The position numbers were made by a program, and so were the translations under genes. 62,962 nucleotides of DNA from an uncultured bacterium (lineage in GTDB: Bacteria; Patescibacteriota; Minisyncoccia; Phycocordibacterales; Phycocordibacteraceae). Positions 10,185-18,582 of the stretch are shown here, piece after piece (position 1 is the stretch's first letter; every line of letters starts with the position of its first letter). The DNA lies in NCBI GenBank assembly GCA_903994795.1, contig CAJEYI010000001.1, positions 1-62,962 on the forward strand, written 5' to 3'. Under the pieces are notes generated by a model. It did no database searches and had not been told where the DNA came from. It worked only from the letters and a program-made list of their open reading frames with translations.

Positions 10185-10571
10185 ATTTAATTCCATTATG
10201 CTCCAAAACGTTATCCTTCCTTTTCCAAGCTGTCGTAGTACCAACCTTACTTTTTTCTCTGGATTTTCACTTATCTTTGCATCAATGCCCCAGTATCTAG
10301 TGTTTTTAGTTGCTGCATATCTATGTGTTATGGGTAGGTTTGCCTTCAGGATTGGCATAATATTTGAAACCAATCTCAATCTGCGAAACTGCTCCGCAGG
10401 CTGTCTTTTGTGGCCGAGTCCATTATAAACAATATGATGAAATCCTTTAGCATTAAAAAATATTTTTGCTCGCACTGATTCGCACCAAATAGGATTTATA
10501 AACGCATTATATTGCTTACGAGCCGATTCTTTGAGTGCGCCTAATGATTTTGTTTCTTGTTCTGCATCCAT
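10176..10571 (-). CDS. hypothetical basic protein, possible BECR/RelE-like ribonuclease fold
   Basis: 131 aa; IFFNAKGFHHI..R..EQ.RRL and C-terminal beta strands VRLVLRQ..RITFWSI resemble BECR-type nuclease domains (by eye). Confidence 0.55.
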   Translation of the reverse strand: MDAEQETKSLGALKESARKQYNAFINPIWCESVRAKIFFNAKGFHHIVYNGLGHKRQPAEQFRRLRLVSNIMPILKANLPITHRYAATKNTRYWGIDAKISENPEKKVRLVLRQLGKGRITFWSIMELNTK

Positions 10572-10647
10572 AGATGCAGAACTGTAGCACAGTGAGATGA
10601 AATAAAAGTGGAATTTTTCTAAAGGTTTTCTGAAGAATATATAATCG

Positions 10648-11085
10648 CTAGTTGTTTAGGAGTTTGCGTATCTTTTGGGCTGTTTCTTTTGCTTGTTCCT
10701 CTGATACTTCTACCTTTGGCCAAAACTCATAGTTGCCTCTAGTGTGTCGAGGAATTATATGGAAGTGTAGGTGAAACACAACTTGGCCAGCTTCTGCTCC
10801 GTGATTTGAGTTTATGTGTACACCGTGGGCACCTACGCTGTCACGAACAGCTGGTGCAATTTTCCGTACTGTTTCCATGGTGTGAGACAAAGTTTCCGGA
10901 TCGACATCAAAAATATTAGTCACATGCTTTTTAGGAATAACGAGGGTATGACCCAGAGAATTAGGCGCAATATCTAGAAATGCCAATGTATATTCATCTT
11001 CGTACAAGATGCTCTTAGGAATTTCTCTAGAAATAATCTTATCAAAAATGCAGTCTTGAGTGCTCTCGCTTGTATCAGTATTCAT
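10648..11085 (-). CDS. HIT family nucleotide hydrolase
   Basis: DCIFDKII, GHTLVIPK, histidine triad HLHFHII. Confidence 0.92.
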   Translation of the reverse strand: MNTDTSESTQDCIFDKIISREIPKSILYEDEYTLAFLDIAPNSLGHTLVIPKKHVTNIFDVDPETLSHTMETVRKIAPAVRDSVGAHGVHINSNHGAEAGQVVFHLHFHIIPRHTRGNYEFWPKVEVSEEQAKETAQKIRKLLNN

Positions 11086-11121
11086 ATATAAAGAATAGCA
11101 TTTCTGGTACAATCAAGTTCT

Positions 11122-12885
11122 ATGTTTCCGCTCTTTGAGACGCTTAGCGAAGAATTACGAAAAGAACTTGAAGAATATGATGATTTGACCGCCGCGCTTT
11201 TAGCGCGGCGGGGCGTTACCACTTCTACAGAGGCAGAAGCTTTTCTCTCTCCTTCGTACAACGATCATCTAGATGATCCCATGCTTATAAAAGACATGCC
11301 AAAGGCAGTCGAGCGCATTGTGCAGGCAATTAATTCCGGTGAACGAATTGCCGTATGGAGCGACTATGACTGCGACGGTATTCCTGGTGGAGTTGTGCTA
11401 CATGACTTTTTTAAGAAAATTAATGCGAATTTTTGTAACTATATTCCACACAGACATCACGAGGGTTTTGGTTTAAATAATGGTGGTATCGACACTCTTA
11501 AGATAGATGGTGTCTCTCTTATAATTACTGTCGATTGCGGGATTGCTGATGTTGCCTCTGTCGCGTACGCGAACTCTCTTGGTATTGATGTGATTGTTAC
11601 AGACCACCACCTACCAGGCGAGACCTTGCCAGAAGCATTTGCGATTGTAGACCCAAAGCAGGAAGGAGAAACGTATTCATACCGAGACTTTTGTGGTGGA
11701 GGTCTCGCATGGAAGCTCGTCACAGCATTGATTGGTCTCGAGACGAGTGAGGCGAAGCCATCTTTTAAAGGGCGCGAGCTTATTAAAGATGGTTGGGAGA
11801 AATGGCTTCTGGACATGGCAGGACTCTCAACAATTGCAGATATGGTTCCGCTCACAGGAGAGAATCGCGTGATAGCAAAGTATGGACTCATGGTGATGCG
11901 AAAGTCACAGCGCATAGGTTTTCAGAAGCTTTGCAAAGTCGCGCGAGTTGATCAGCGAACAATGACCGAAGATGATGTGGGTTTTATGATTGCGCCGCGT
12001 GTAAACGCGGCATCGAGAATGGGAGACGCAATAGATGCTTTCCGACTTTTCACAACTGAAGATGGGACGGAGGCAGATATGCTCGCAAAGAAATTAGAAG
12101 CAACGAACAGAAGTCGCCGCGCTTCCAGCGCGGCGGTCACCAAACGCGTGCATGAAAGACTCGAGGAACGAAAGGAGCAAGGAATACCTGTACAAGATGT
12201 AATAGTCATGGGTGATCCAGAATGGCGACCGGGCCTTTTGGGCCTCGTTGCAAACTCCGTTGCTGAAGAATATCAGCGACCTGTGTTTCTTTGGGGAAGG
12301 GAGGGAAGCAATATTTTAAAAGGCTCTTGTAGGGCAGGGCGACCGGATGTGCATTTACTTAAGCTTATGCAGGCGGTACCAGCAGACACTTTTATAGATT
12401 TCGGAGGTCATCGAGCATCCGGAGGATTTTCAGTACAGGAAGACGCAATCCATTCGCTCGAGGAGCGCCTAAATACTGCATACGCAACAATGTCGATGGC
12501 AGAGCTCGACGAACAGGAACAGGCAGATGGCGAGCTTGCGATCTCTTCCGCTACTCCGCAATTTTTAAAGATTCTCGATCGGCTTGCGCCATTTGGTATG
12601 GGAAATCCAAAGCCAACGTTTGTACTCCGTGAGGTTTTAATTGATGAGTTGTCATGGTTCGGAAAGACTGAAGAGCATTTGCGTATACGTGTGTCACCAG
12701 TTGGTTTAGAGTTTGAGACAAAAAGCATCGAGGGTATTACATTTTATGCGAAGCGCCAACTTGGAAAGGCTATCGATTCACTAGAGAAAGGAAAGAACAC
12801 TACATTACTTGTGACTCTTGAACGCGACACGTTTACGAGAGGTCAGCCTGTTCGTTTGCGGATAGTTTCGATTGGGGGATATTAG
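11122..12885 (+). CDS. recJ: single-stranded-DNA exonuclease RecJ
   Basis: DYDCDG, TVDCG, TDHH, TIADMVPL, PRVNAASR, FGGH. Confidence 0.93.
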   Translation: MFPLFETLSEELRKELEEYDDLTAALLARRGVTTSTEAEAFLSPSYNDHLDDPMLIKDMPKAVERIVQAINSGERIAVWSDYDCDGIPGGVVLHDFFKKINANFCNYIPHRHHEGFGLNNGGIDTLKIDGVSLIITVDCGIADVASVAYANSLGIDVIVTDHHLPGETLPEAFAIVDPKQEGETYSYRDFCGGGLAWKLVTALIGLETSEAKPSFKGRELIKDGWEKWLLDMAGLSTIADMVPLTGENRVIAKYGLMVMRKSQRIGFQKLCKVARVDQRTMTEDDVGFMIAPRVNAASRMGDAIDAFRLFTTEDGTEADMLAKKLEATNRSRRASSAAVTKRVHERLEERKEQGIPVQDVIVMGDPEWRPGLLGLVANSVAEEYQRPVFLWGREGSNILKGSCRAGRPDVHLLKLMQAVPADTFIDFGGHRASGGFSVQEDAIHSLEERLNTAYATMSMAELDEQEQADGELAISSATPQFLKILDRLAPFGMGNPKPTFVLREVLIDELSWFGKTEEHLRIRVSPVGLEFETKSIEGITFYAKRQLGKAIDSLEKGKNTTLLVTLERDTFTRGQPVRLRIVSIGGY

Positions 12886-12948
12886 TTATGCTCTGTTTAT
12901 AGATACACCACATCTTCAGTAACATTACGGCATGATATCCTGTCCATA

Positions 12949-13371
12949 ATGACGTCCGAACAAAAACAACAACTTATTCAAGAAGCGATGAAGGCACGAC
13001 AGAATTGCTACCCAAAAGATTCAACTACTTCTTTTGCTGCAGCTGTCTTAACTGAAAGTGGAGCTATCTACTCAGCAGCTAACTATGCATCATATACTGG
13101 ATCTTTAACATTGCACGGTGAACAGTCAGCTCTCGCACACGCTGCTGCCCACGGAGAAGGGGTAATTCTTGCAATGGCAACAGCTAGTACCGAGGAACTT
13201 ACGCCAGGTGAGTTTACGGCGCCATGCCACATGTGTAAGCAACTTCTGTGGGAAAGCCGACTTCGTTCTGAGGTTCCGTTACTTATCATTCTTGCAAACA
13301 ATCATGGAGAGACAAAGGAGGTGTATATAGATGAGTTGATACCACTTCCGTGGCCTGCGAAAAAAAAGTAA
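12949..13371 (+). CDS. cdd: cytidine deaminase family protein
   Basis: HGEQSA and PCHMCKQ zinc motifs. Confidence 0.8.
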   Translation: MTSEQKQQLIQEAMKARQNCYPKDSTTSFAAAVLTESGAIYSAANYASYTGSLTLHGEQSALAHAAAHGEGVILAMATASTEELTPGEFTAPCHMCKQLLWESRLRSEVPLLIILANNHGETKEVYIDELIPLPWPAKKK

Positions 13372-13436
13372 TGTTTTTCTATTCCACTATATAAGATACT
13401 GTGGTATTCAAGACTGTCGAGACGTATACTACACAG

Positions 13437-13871
13437 ATGCAATTTACGATTTTCGCAGATGGAGGTTCGAGAGGGAATCCCGGCCCCGCAGGGGCCGGAG
13501 CAATAGTTCGTGATGAAAAGGGAGCTGTGGTTGCAGAAATCTCAGAATTCCTCGGACACACCACAAACAACGTTGCAGAATACACGGGCATACTTTCTGC
13601 ACTCGAAACACTCCTAAGTTTAATGGGAAGCGATGGAAGAGGGGAGGCCAGTGATGCCGTGGTTGTAGTTAAAATGGATAGTTTGCTTGTGGTGAAGCAA
13701 ATGAATGGCGAGTATAAAATTAAGCACCCGAACCTGACACCGCTTGCTGCTCGAGTTAAGGCTCTCACAAAAGAATTTAAGTCAGTTTCGTTTGCGCATG
13801 TATATCGTGAGCACAATAAAGAGGCTGACAAGCTAGCGAACCTTGCCATGGATCGAGGGATGAATCGCTAG
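13437..13871 (+). CDS. rnhA: ribonuclease HI family protein
   Basis: FADGGSRGNPGPAG, NNVAEY, DSLLVVKQ, NKEADKLAN. Confidence 0.9.
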   Translation: MQFTIFADGGSRGNPGPAGAGAIVRDEKGAVVAEISEFLGHTTNNVAEYTGILSALETLLSLMGSDGRGEASDAVVVVKMDSLLVVKQMNGEYKIKHPNLTPLAARVKALTKEFKSVSFAHVYREHNKEADKLANLAMDRGMNR

Positions 13872-13961
13872 AGGCTTGGGTTTAGGATGGGTTTTGAAAA
13901 TTCAGGAAAAGTTTATCTCCACTTTACTTTTTCTTCATAGGTAATTTTGTATCGTGAATAG

Positions 13962-15503
13962 ATGATACTCGCGCTACGCGGAAAGCTGTTTTTTGTCTGC
14001 TCGGGAGTTTTTGCTGTTGGTATTGTGTGGGGAACAATTTCCTCAATCTCAATTCCGTATTTACTATTGAGTGAGTTTATTGGTGCGCTGTGTTTGCTAG
14101 TCGGGACGTTCATTTCAGATGAAGCCGAAATACTTGATGCAAATCTTGCGAAAAGAAAGATAGTACTTTTAGTGCTGGGTGTGATTTTCATTTCTACCCC
14201 AATTGGAGAAGTGCGTGCGGCATTAGCGCCACACGCAATCCAGTCATTTTTAGCAACTCAGATTAATTCCCAGGTCGAAATGACTGGTACGATAATTTCC
14301 GACCCAGACATCCGGGAAAAGAATCAGCAGCTGCTAGTGCGAGTAGGTCATGCCACAAATATTCTTGTTTTCGCGTCTGTCTTTTCTCACTTTACATATG
14401 GCGAGCAAGTGCATTTTTCTGGAGTACTTACTGTCCCGACTCCTTTTGATACAGGTAACGGACGAAGTTTCCGATACGATAACTTCCTTGCGAAGAAAGG
14501 TGTGTTTGCGATTGTGCCAAGGGCGAACGTATACGAGGTTGCTCCTGCTTCCGGCATTTGGAATACAGGTGCGGAGATGCTATTTGAATTCAAACATATC
14601 TTCGTGACCGGTGTGTCGCATGCACTCCCAAATCCATACTCAGAGCTTGCGCGAGGACTTCTCACGGGCGATCAACATGGGCTAGGTGACTCACTTGTAA
14701 CAATACTTGCTTCGTCAGGATTGATTTGGGTCGTGGTGCTTTCTGGGTATCATGTCACGTTGATCGCGACAGGAGTATTAAAACTATTTGAAGTGCTTCC
14801 ACGAAGACTAAAGTACATGCTCGCAGGCCTAAGCGTAATTGCGATAGTTTTTGCTACGGGTGCCAGTGCTCCATCTATACGGGGAAGTGTTATGGCGTGC
14901 TTCACGCTTTTTGCTGAGGCCACACACAGAAAGTACGACGCGTTGCGTGCTCTCGCTGTAACCCTGATTGGAGTACTTTTGTGGAGTCCGTTCTTGCTCG
15001 CGTATGACTCTGGTTTTCAGATGTCGGTTGTGGTAACTCCCGCACTAATTCTTGCGGTTCCGATTCTCGAATCGAAGCTTCTTTGGATAAAAAGTGGTTT
15101 GCTTCGAGAAATAATTTCAGTGAGCATCGTTGCACAGCTTGCATGCTTGCCACTTATTCTTTGGCAGACCGGTGAACTTGGTGTCTGGGCTATACCAGCA
15201 AACATGTTGGTGATGTCATTTGTGCCGGTTGCGATGGTCACAACATTCTTCGCTGGAGTTGCTGGAGTGGTCGTACCAATGCTTGCGCCGGTAGCAGGGC
15301 TACCGGCGTTTTGCATTCTCTATTATGTTTTAGGAGTTGCGAAGTTCTCCGCGGCGCTTCCATTCTCAGATGTCATTATTCCGCCAATTCCATTTATCGC
15401 AGTGCTCGGAATGTACGCATTCTTTATCTTTGTTCTTTATCTACTTACACGACTTCACTCAGAAAACGCTTCTCAATTACTTCCCAATTCACATTCTCCA
15501 TAA
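13962..15503 (+). CDS. comEC: ComEC/Rec2 competence membrane protein (OB-fold and Competence domains, no MBL domain)
   Basis: multiple TM segments; VVLSGYHV, IRGSVM, SGFQMS, IPAN motifs. Confidence 0.85.
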   Translation: MILALRGKLFFVCSGVFAVGIVWGTISSISIPYLLLSEFIGALCLLVGTFISDEAEILDANLAKRKIVLLVLGVIFISTPIGEVRAALAPHAIQSFLATQINSQVEMTGTIISDPDIREKNQQLLVRVGHATNILVFASVFSHFTYGEQVHFSGVLTVPTPFDTGNGRSFRYDNFLAKKGVFAIVPRANVYEVAPASGIWNTGAEMLFEFKHIFVTGVSHALPNPYSELARGLLTGDQHGLGDSLVTILASSGLIWVVVLSGYHVTLIATGVLKLFEVLPRRLKYMLAGLSVIAIVFATGASAPSIRGSVMACFTLFAEATHRKYDALRALAVTLIGVLLWSPFLLAYDSGFQMSVVVTPALILAVPILESKLLWIKSGLLREIISVSIVAQLACLPLILWQTGELGVWAIPANMLVMSFVPVAMVTTFFAGVAGVVVPMLAPVAGLPAFCILYYVLGVAKFSAALPFSDVIIPPIPFIAVLGMYAFFIFVLYLLTRLHSENASQLLPNSHSP

Positions 15504-16041
15504 ACGCTTCGACGTAGGATTTCTTGTCTGCAGGTACGTAGTCAACCATATATGCGTGCTCCCACATATCGATGGCGAGAATTATTGGAAGACCTGCGAG
15601 CTGGCCAACTTCGTGGTCGTTTACCCAAGCCGTATGAAGTGATCGAGCTGCGGGATCATAGTACACAACTGTCCATCCGATTCCGCGAGTACCACACACT
15701 TCTTTGATGTGTGCGATAAATGTATCCCAACTACCATACCTCTCTACCGCCGCATCCATGAGAGGCCCTTCTCCTTGTGGACGTAGTGAGCCGCCTTCAA
15801 ATTGCTCGAAGTAGTACTCGTGCATGCGCATGCCGTCGAACTCAAAACCGAATCGACGTCGGAGTTCAGTAATAAGGAAGGCGTTCTCTTCTGCGTTTTC
15901 TTCACGAAGTGCTTCGATTTTGCTTAGGATAAGGTTTGCGTGCTTTACGTATCCTTCATAGAGTGCGAGGTGCACATCCATCTGCTTTTGTGACAGACCT
16001 TTGAGCTCTGGAATGTTGAATGTTTGTTTTGTATACATCAT
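15445..16041 (-). CDS. sod: Fe/Mn superoxide dismutase family protein
   Basis: H..LYEGYV, MHEYYF, DMWEHAY; 59-bp convergent overlap with comEC. Confidence 0.88.
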   Translation of the reverse strand: MMYTKQTFNIPELKGLSQKQMDVHLALYEGYVKHANLILSKIEALREENAEENAFLITELRRRFGFEFDGMRMHEYYFEQFEGGSLRPQGEGPLMDAAVERYGSWDTFIAHIKEVCGTRGIGWTVVYYDPAARSLHTAWVNDHEVGQLAGLPIILAIDMWEHAYMVDYVPADKKSYVEAFMENVNWEVIEKRFLSEVV

Positions 16042-16096
16042 AAAAATTTTATTATTTCTTTATCAGAATTATAACTCTTTTATGTATGATGGGCAC

Positions 16097-16999
16097 ATGA
16101 ATAAAAGTCAGCTCATGTTTCTGCAACTATTTCCGTATGTTGCGATTCTTTTGTTTGTCATTGCGAACGGAACTACTTATTGGTTCGTGTTCCAGCACTA
16201 CAACCAACCCTATCCGGTCGGCGTTTTGAAAGTATCAGTGCTGGATATCGGGCAGGGTGATGCGATTCTTGTGCAAGGCCCAACAGGAAAAACAATGCTT
16301 GTGGATGCTGGGCCAGATAAGTCAGTGCTTGCGGGTTTAGGCACAGAGCTCGGCCCACTCAAACGTTCGATAGATATGATTGTGGAGACTCATCCGGATT
16401 CAGATCATATTACGGGTTTCAAATACGTATTGCAGAACTACTCAGTCACACAATTTATGACTTCTGGTATTCCGGCCTCGACGACAATCGCAATGCAGAT
16501 CGAAGGCGCAGTGAAGAGTGCGCCAAGCATTCAGCAAATTATTGCACGGCGAGGGATGCGGATAGATCTTGGTGGGGGAGCGTATGCGGATGTACTGTAT
16601 CCCGATCGGGACATGTCGAGAGAAACCGTGACCAATGATGGCTCAATCACAATGCGAGTAGTATACGGAAATAATTCTTTTATGCTTACGGGTGACCTGC
16701 CATCGCCAATTGAAGGTTGGTTGATTAAGCTCGATGAAAAAGATGGTGAATTAAAAACAGACGTACTCAAGGCTGGTCATCATGGCTCGAAATATTCTAC
16801 GAGTAGTGAATGGTTGAAGGCACTGAGTCCATCGGTCGTAGCAATCTCAGTTGGGAAAGAAAATACATATGGACACCCTGCTCCAGAAACGCTAACAAGG
16901 ATTGAGGGGCAGGGGTCAAAGATTATAGAAACCGAAAACGTTGGCACGATTGATTTTGTAAGTGATGGAAAAGTGATTACGGAACATTCAGTTCGGTGA
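16097..16999 (+). CDS. ComEC-associated metallo-beta-lactamase fold protein
   Basis: LDIGQGDA, THPDSDH, LTGD, LKAGHHGS, YGHP. Confidence 0.88.
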   Translation: MNKSQLMFLQLFPYVAILLFVIANGTTYWFVFQHYNQPYPVGVLKVSVLDIGQGDAILVQGPTGKTMLVDAGPDKSVLAGLGTELGPLKRSIDMIVETHPDSDHITGFKYVLQNYSVTQFMTSGIPASTTIAMQIEGAVKSAPSIQQIIARRGMRIDLGGGAYADVLYPDRDMSRETVTNDGSITMRVVYGNNSFMLTGDLPSPIEGWLIKLDEKDGELKTDVLKAGHHGSKYSTSSEWLKALSPSVVAISVGKENTYGHPAPETLTRIEGQGSKIIETENVGTIDFVSDGKVITEHSVR

Positions 17000-17025
17000 A
17001 ATGAAAGGTTGGAAGTAGAGAGCAT

Positions 17026-17057
17026 AGAAAAAGCCGAGACATGTCTCGGCTTTTTCT
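17026..17057. terminator. bidirectional terminator (perfect palindrome)
   Basis: AGAAAAAGCCGAGACATGTCTCGGCTTTTTCT between convergent genes. Confidence 0.8.
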
Positions 17058-17073
17058 ATTTTCTTTTTCTCCT

Positions 17074-17316
17074 TTAAATAATTCCAGCTTTCTTAAGTGT
17101 GGCGAGTGCGCCGTTCTTCTTGATGTGCTTGTATCCCTTAACTGAGACGTCGATTAAAAATGTCTTGTCGAGTTCAGGAACGAATACTCGTCGCTTCTGA
17201 AGGTTGGCCTTTCGACGAACCTTTCCAGTAGGGTTGAATTGAGTAGCACGCGTACGGTTTGAGTACCGTCCGCCTACTTGGGATGATTTTCCAGTGATTT
17301 CGCAACTTCGTGCCAT
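17074..17316 (-). CDS. rpmB: 50S ribosomal protein bL28
   Basis: MARSCEITGK..RRKANLQKRR. Confidence 0.9.
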   Translation of the reverse strand: MARSCEITGKSSQVGGRYSNRTRATQFNPTGKVRRKANLQKRRVFVPELDKTFLIDVSVKGYKHIKKNGALATLKKAGII

Positions 17317-17349
17317 AGTCCATGCATGCTAGCATATAAATACTAATTT

Positions 17350-17991
17350 ATGCAACCAGACCTAACTCTCGAGATTTTCACCATTATAATTCTTATTCTT
17401 TCTATCATCATGCACGAGGTGGCTCACGGCTACATGGCATATGTTTTAGGAGATCCAACGGCGAAGCTCCAGGGTCGACTTACACTCAATCCGCTCGCCC
17501 ACATAGATATGATGGGCTCAATTATTGTGCCTGCACTTCTAGTATTTATGAATGCTGGAATACTTTTCGGATGGGCGAAACCAGTTCCGTATAATCCGTA
17601 CAATTTGAAAAATCAGCGATGGGGTGAGGCACTCGTAGGGGTGGCTGGAGTTGCTACCAATATTCTCCTCGCACTGCTTTTTGCACTCGTTACGAGAGTT
17701 GCTTTTGGATACGGTGCAACGCTTTTCGCAACTCTTGCATCCGAGATAGTGCTGGTGAATTTATCGCTCGGACTTTTCAACTTAGTTCCAATCCCGCCAC
17801 TCGATGGATTCACCGTACTTCGTGGAATACTTCCGGCTCGATTTAGTCTAGTATTCCGCGATCTTGAAGCACGACTTTTTGGAAATAATATCCTGACACG
17901 ATTTATCATTGTGTTTATTTTCGCGTATTTTTTTGCGACGCCGTTCTTCGTGATGATCGAGTGGCTTTTCAAGATACTAGTCGGGATGTAA
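17350..17991 (+). CDS. site-2 protease (M50) family
   Basis: HEVAH, GRLTLNP, GWAKPVP, NLVPIPPLDG. Confidence 0.92.
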   Translation: MQPDLTLEIFTIIILILSIIMHEVAHGYMAYVLGDPTAKLQGRLTLNPLAHIDMMGSIIVPALLVFMNAGILFGWAKPVPYNPYNLKNQRWGEALVGVAGVATNILLALLFALVTRVAFGYGATLFATLASEIVLVNLSLGLFNLVPIPPLDGFTVLRGILPARFSLVFRDLEARLFGNNILTRFIIVFIFAYFFATPFFVMIEWLFKILVGM

Positions 17992-18001
17992 TTTATTGCG
18001 T

Positions 18002-18316
18002 ATGAATTTTACGCCACTTCCAGAAAAGGGTTTTTACAAACATTACAAACATGACCCGGTTGGAGTGCCTTATAACTACATGTATGAAGTTGTCGGAATT
18101 GGGCGCAACACAGAAGAAAAAACACTTACCGTTCTGTACCGTCCGCTCTACAAAAGCGATTGGATGCCACCTGCCGATCTTCAATCAAGGCCACTTGAGA
18201 TGTTTATGGGTATGGTACAAAAGGACGGAGTAGAAGTGTCTCGTTTCTCTAAAATAACCGATTCAGCACTTATTACTGAGTTAGAGATCGCAAGGAAAGA
18301 TTTGTACGGATTTTAG
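18002..18316 (+). CDS. DUF1653-like protein
   Basis: GFYKHYK..YEVVGIG..VLYRPLY..RPLEMF..RF. Confidence 0.75.
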   Translation: MNFTPLPEKGFYKHYKHDPVGVPYNYMYEVVGIGRNTEEKTLTVLYRPLYKSDWMPPADLQSRPLEMFMGMVQKDGVEVSRFSKITDSALITELEIARKDLYGF

Positions 18317-18547
18317 TAAAAGTGAGTCACTCGAACCACTGAGTTAACCGTGGAACGTAGTGCGTATGCAGTTCCACGCTTTCAATTCGCTTGAACTAGG
18401 TCGTGGAATGACGTGTCATCAGTTTCGTACCCTAGAGCACTACTTCCAGGAGATGTATCTCAGGGGTTCGGTTTTCATTAGGCTTTTCGGGAAACGCTTC
18501 CCTCTTTTTCTGACATACATATATATAGTAAATCGAGTTTCACATCG

Positions 18548-18582
18548 GTAGACCACTTCGTGTACATCGAAGTGGTCTACCG
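18548..18582. terminator. inverted repeat at the end of the LCAT-like gene
   Basis: GGTAGACCACTTCG..CGAAGTGGTCTACC. Confidence 0.6.

Noticed and set aside
18320..18545. Minus-strand CTGATGA...GAAA plus hairpin CGTGGAAC/GTTCCACG, resembling a hammerhead ribozyme
   Set aside because: Stems I and II do not pair. The region more likely holds a terminator and a decayed short ORF
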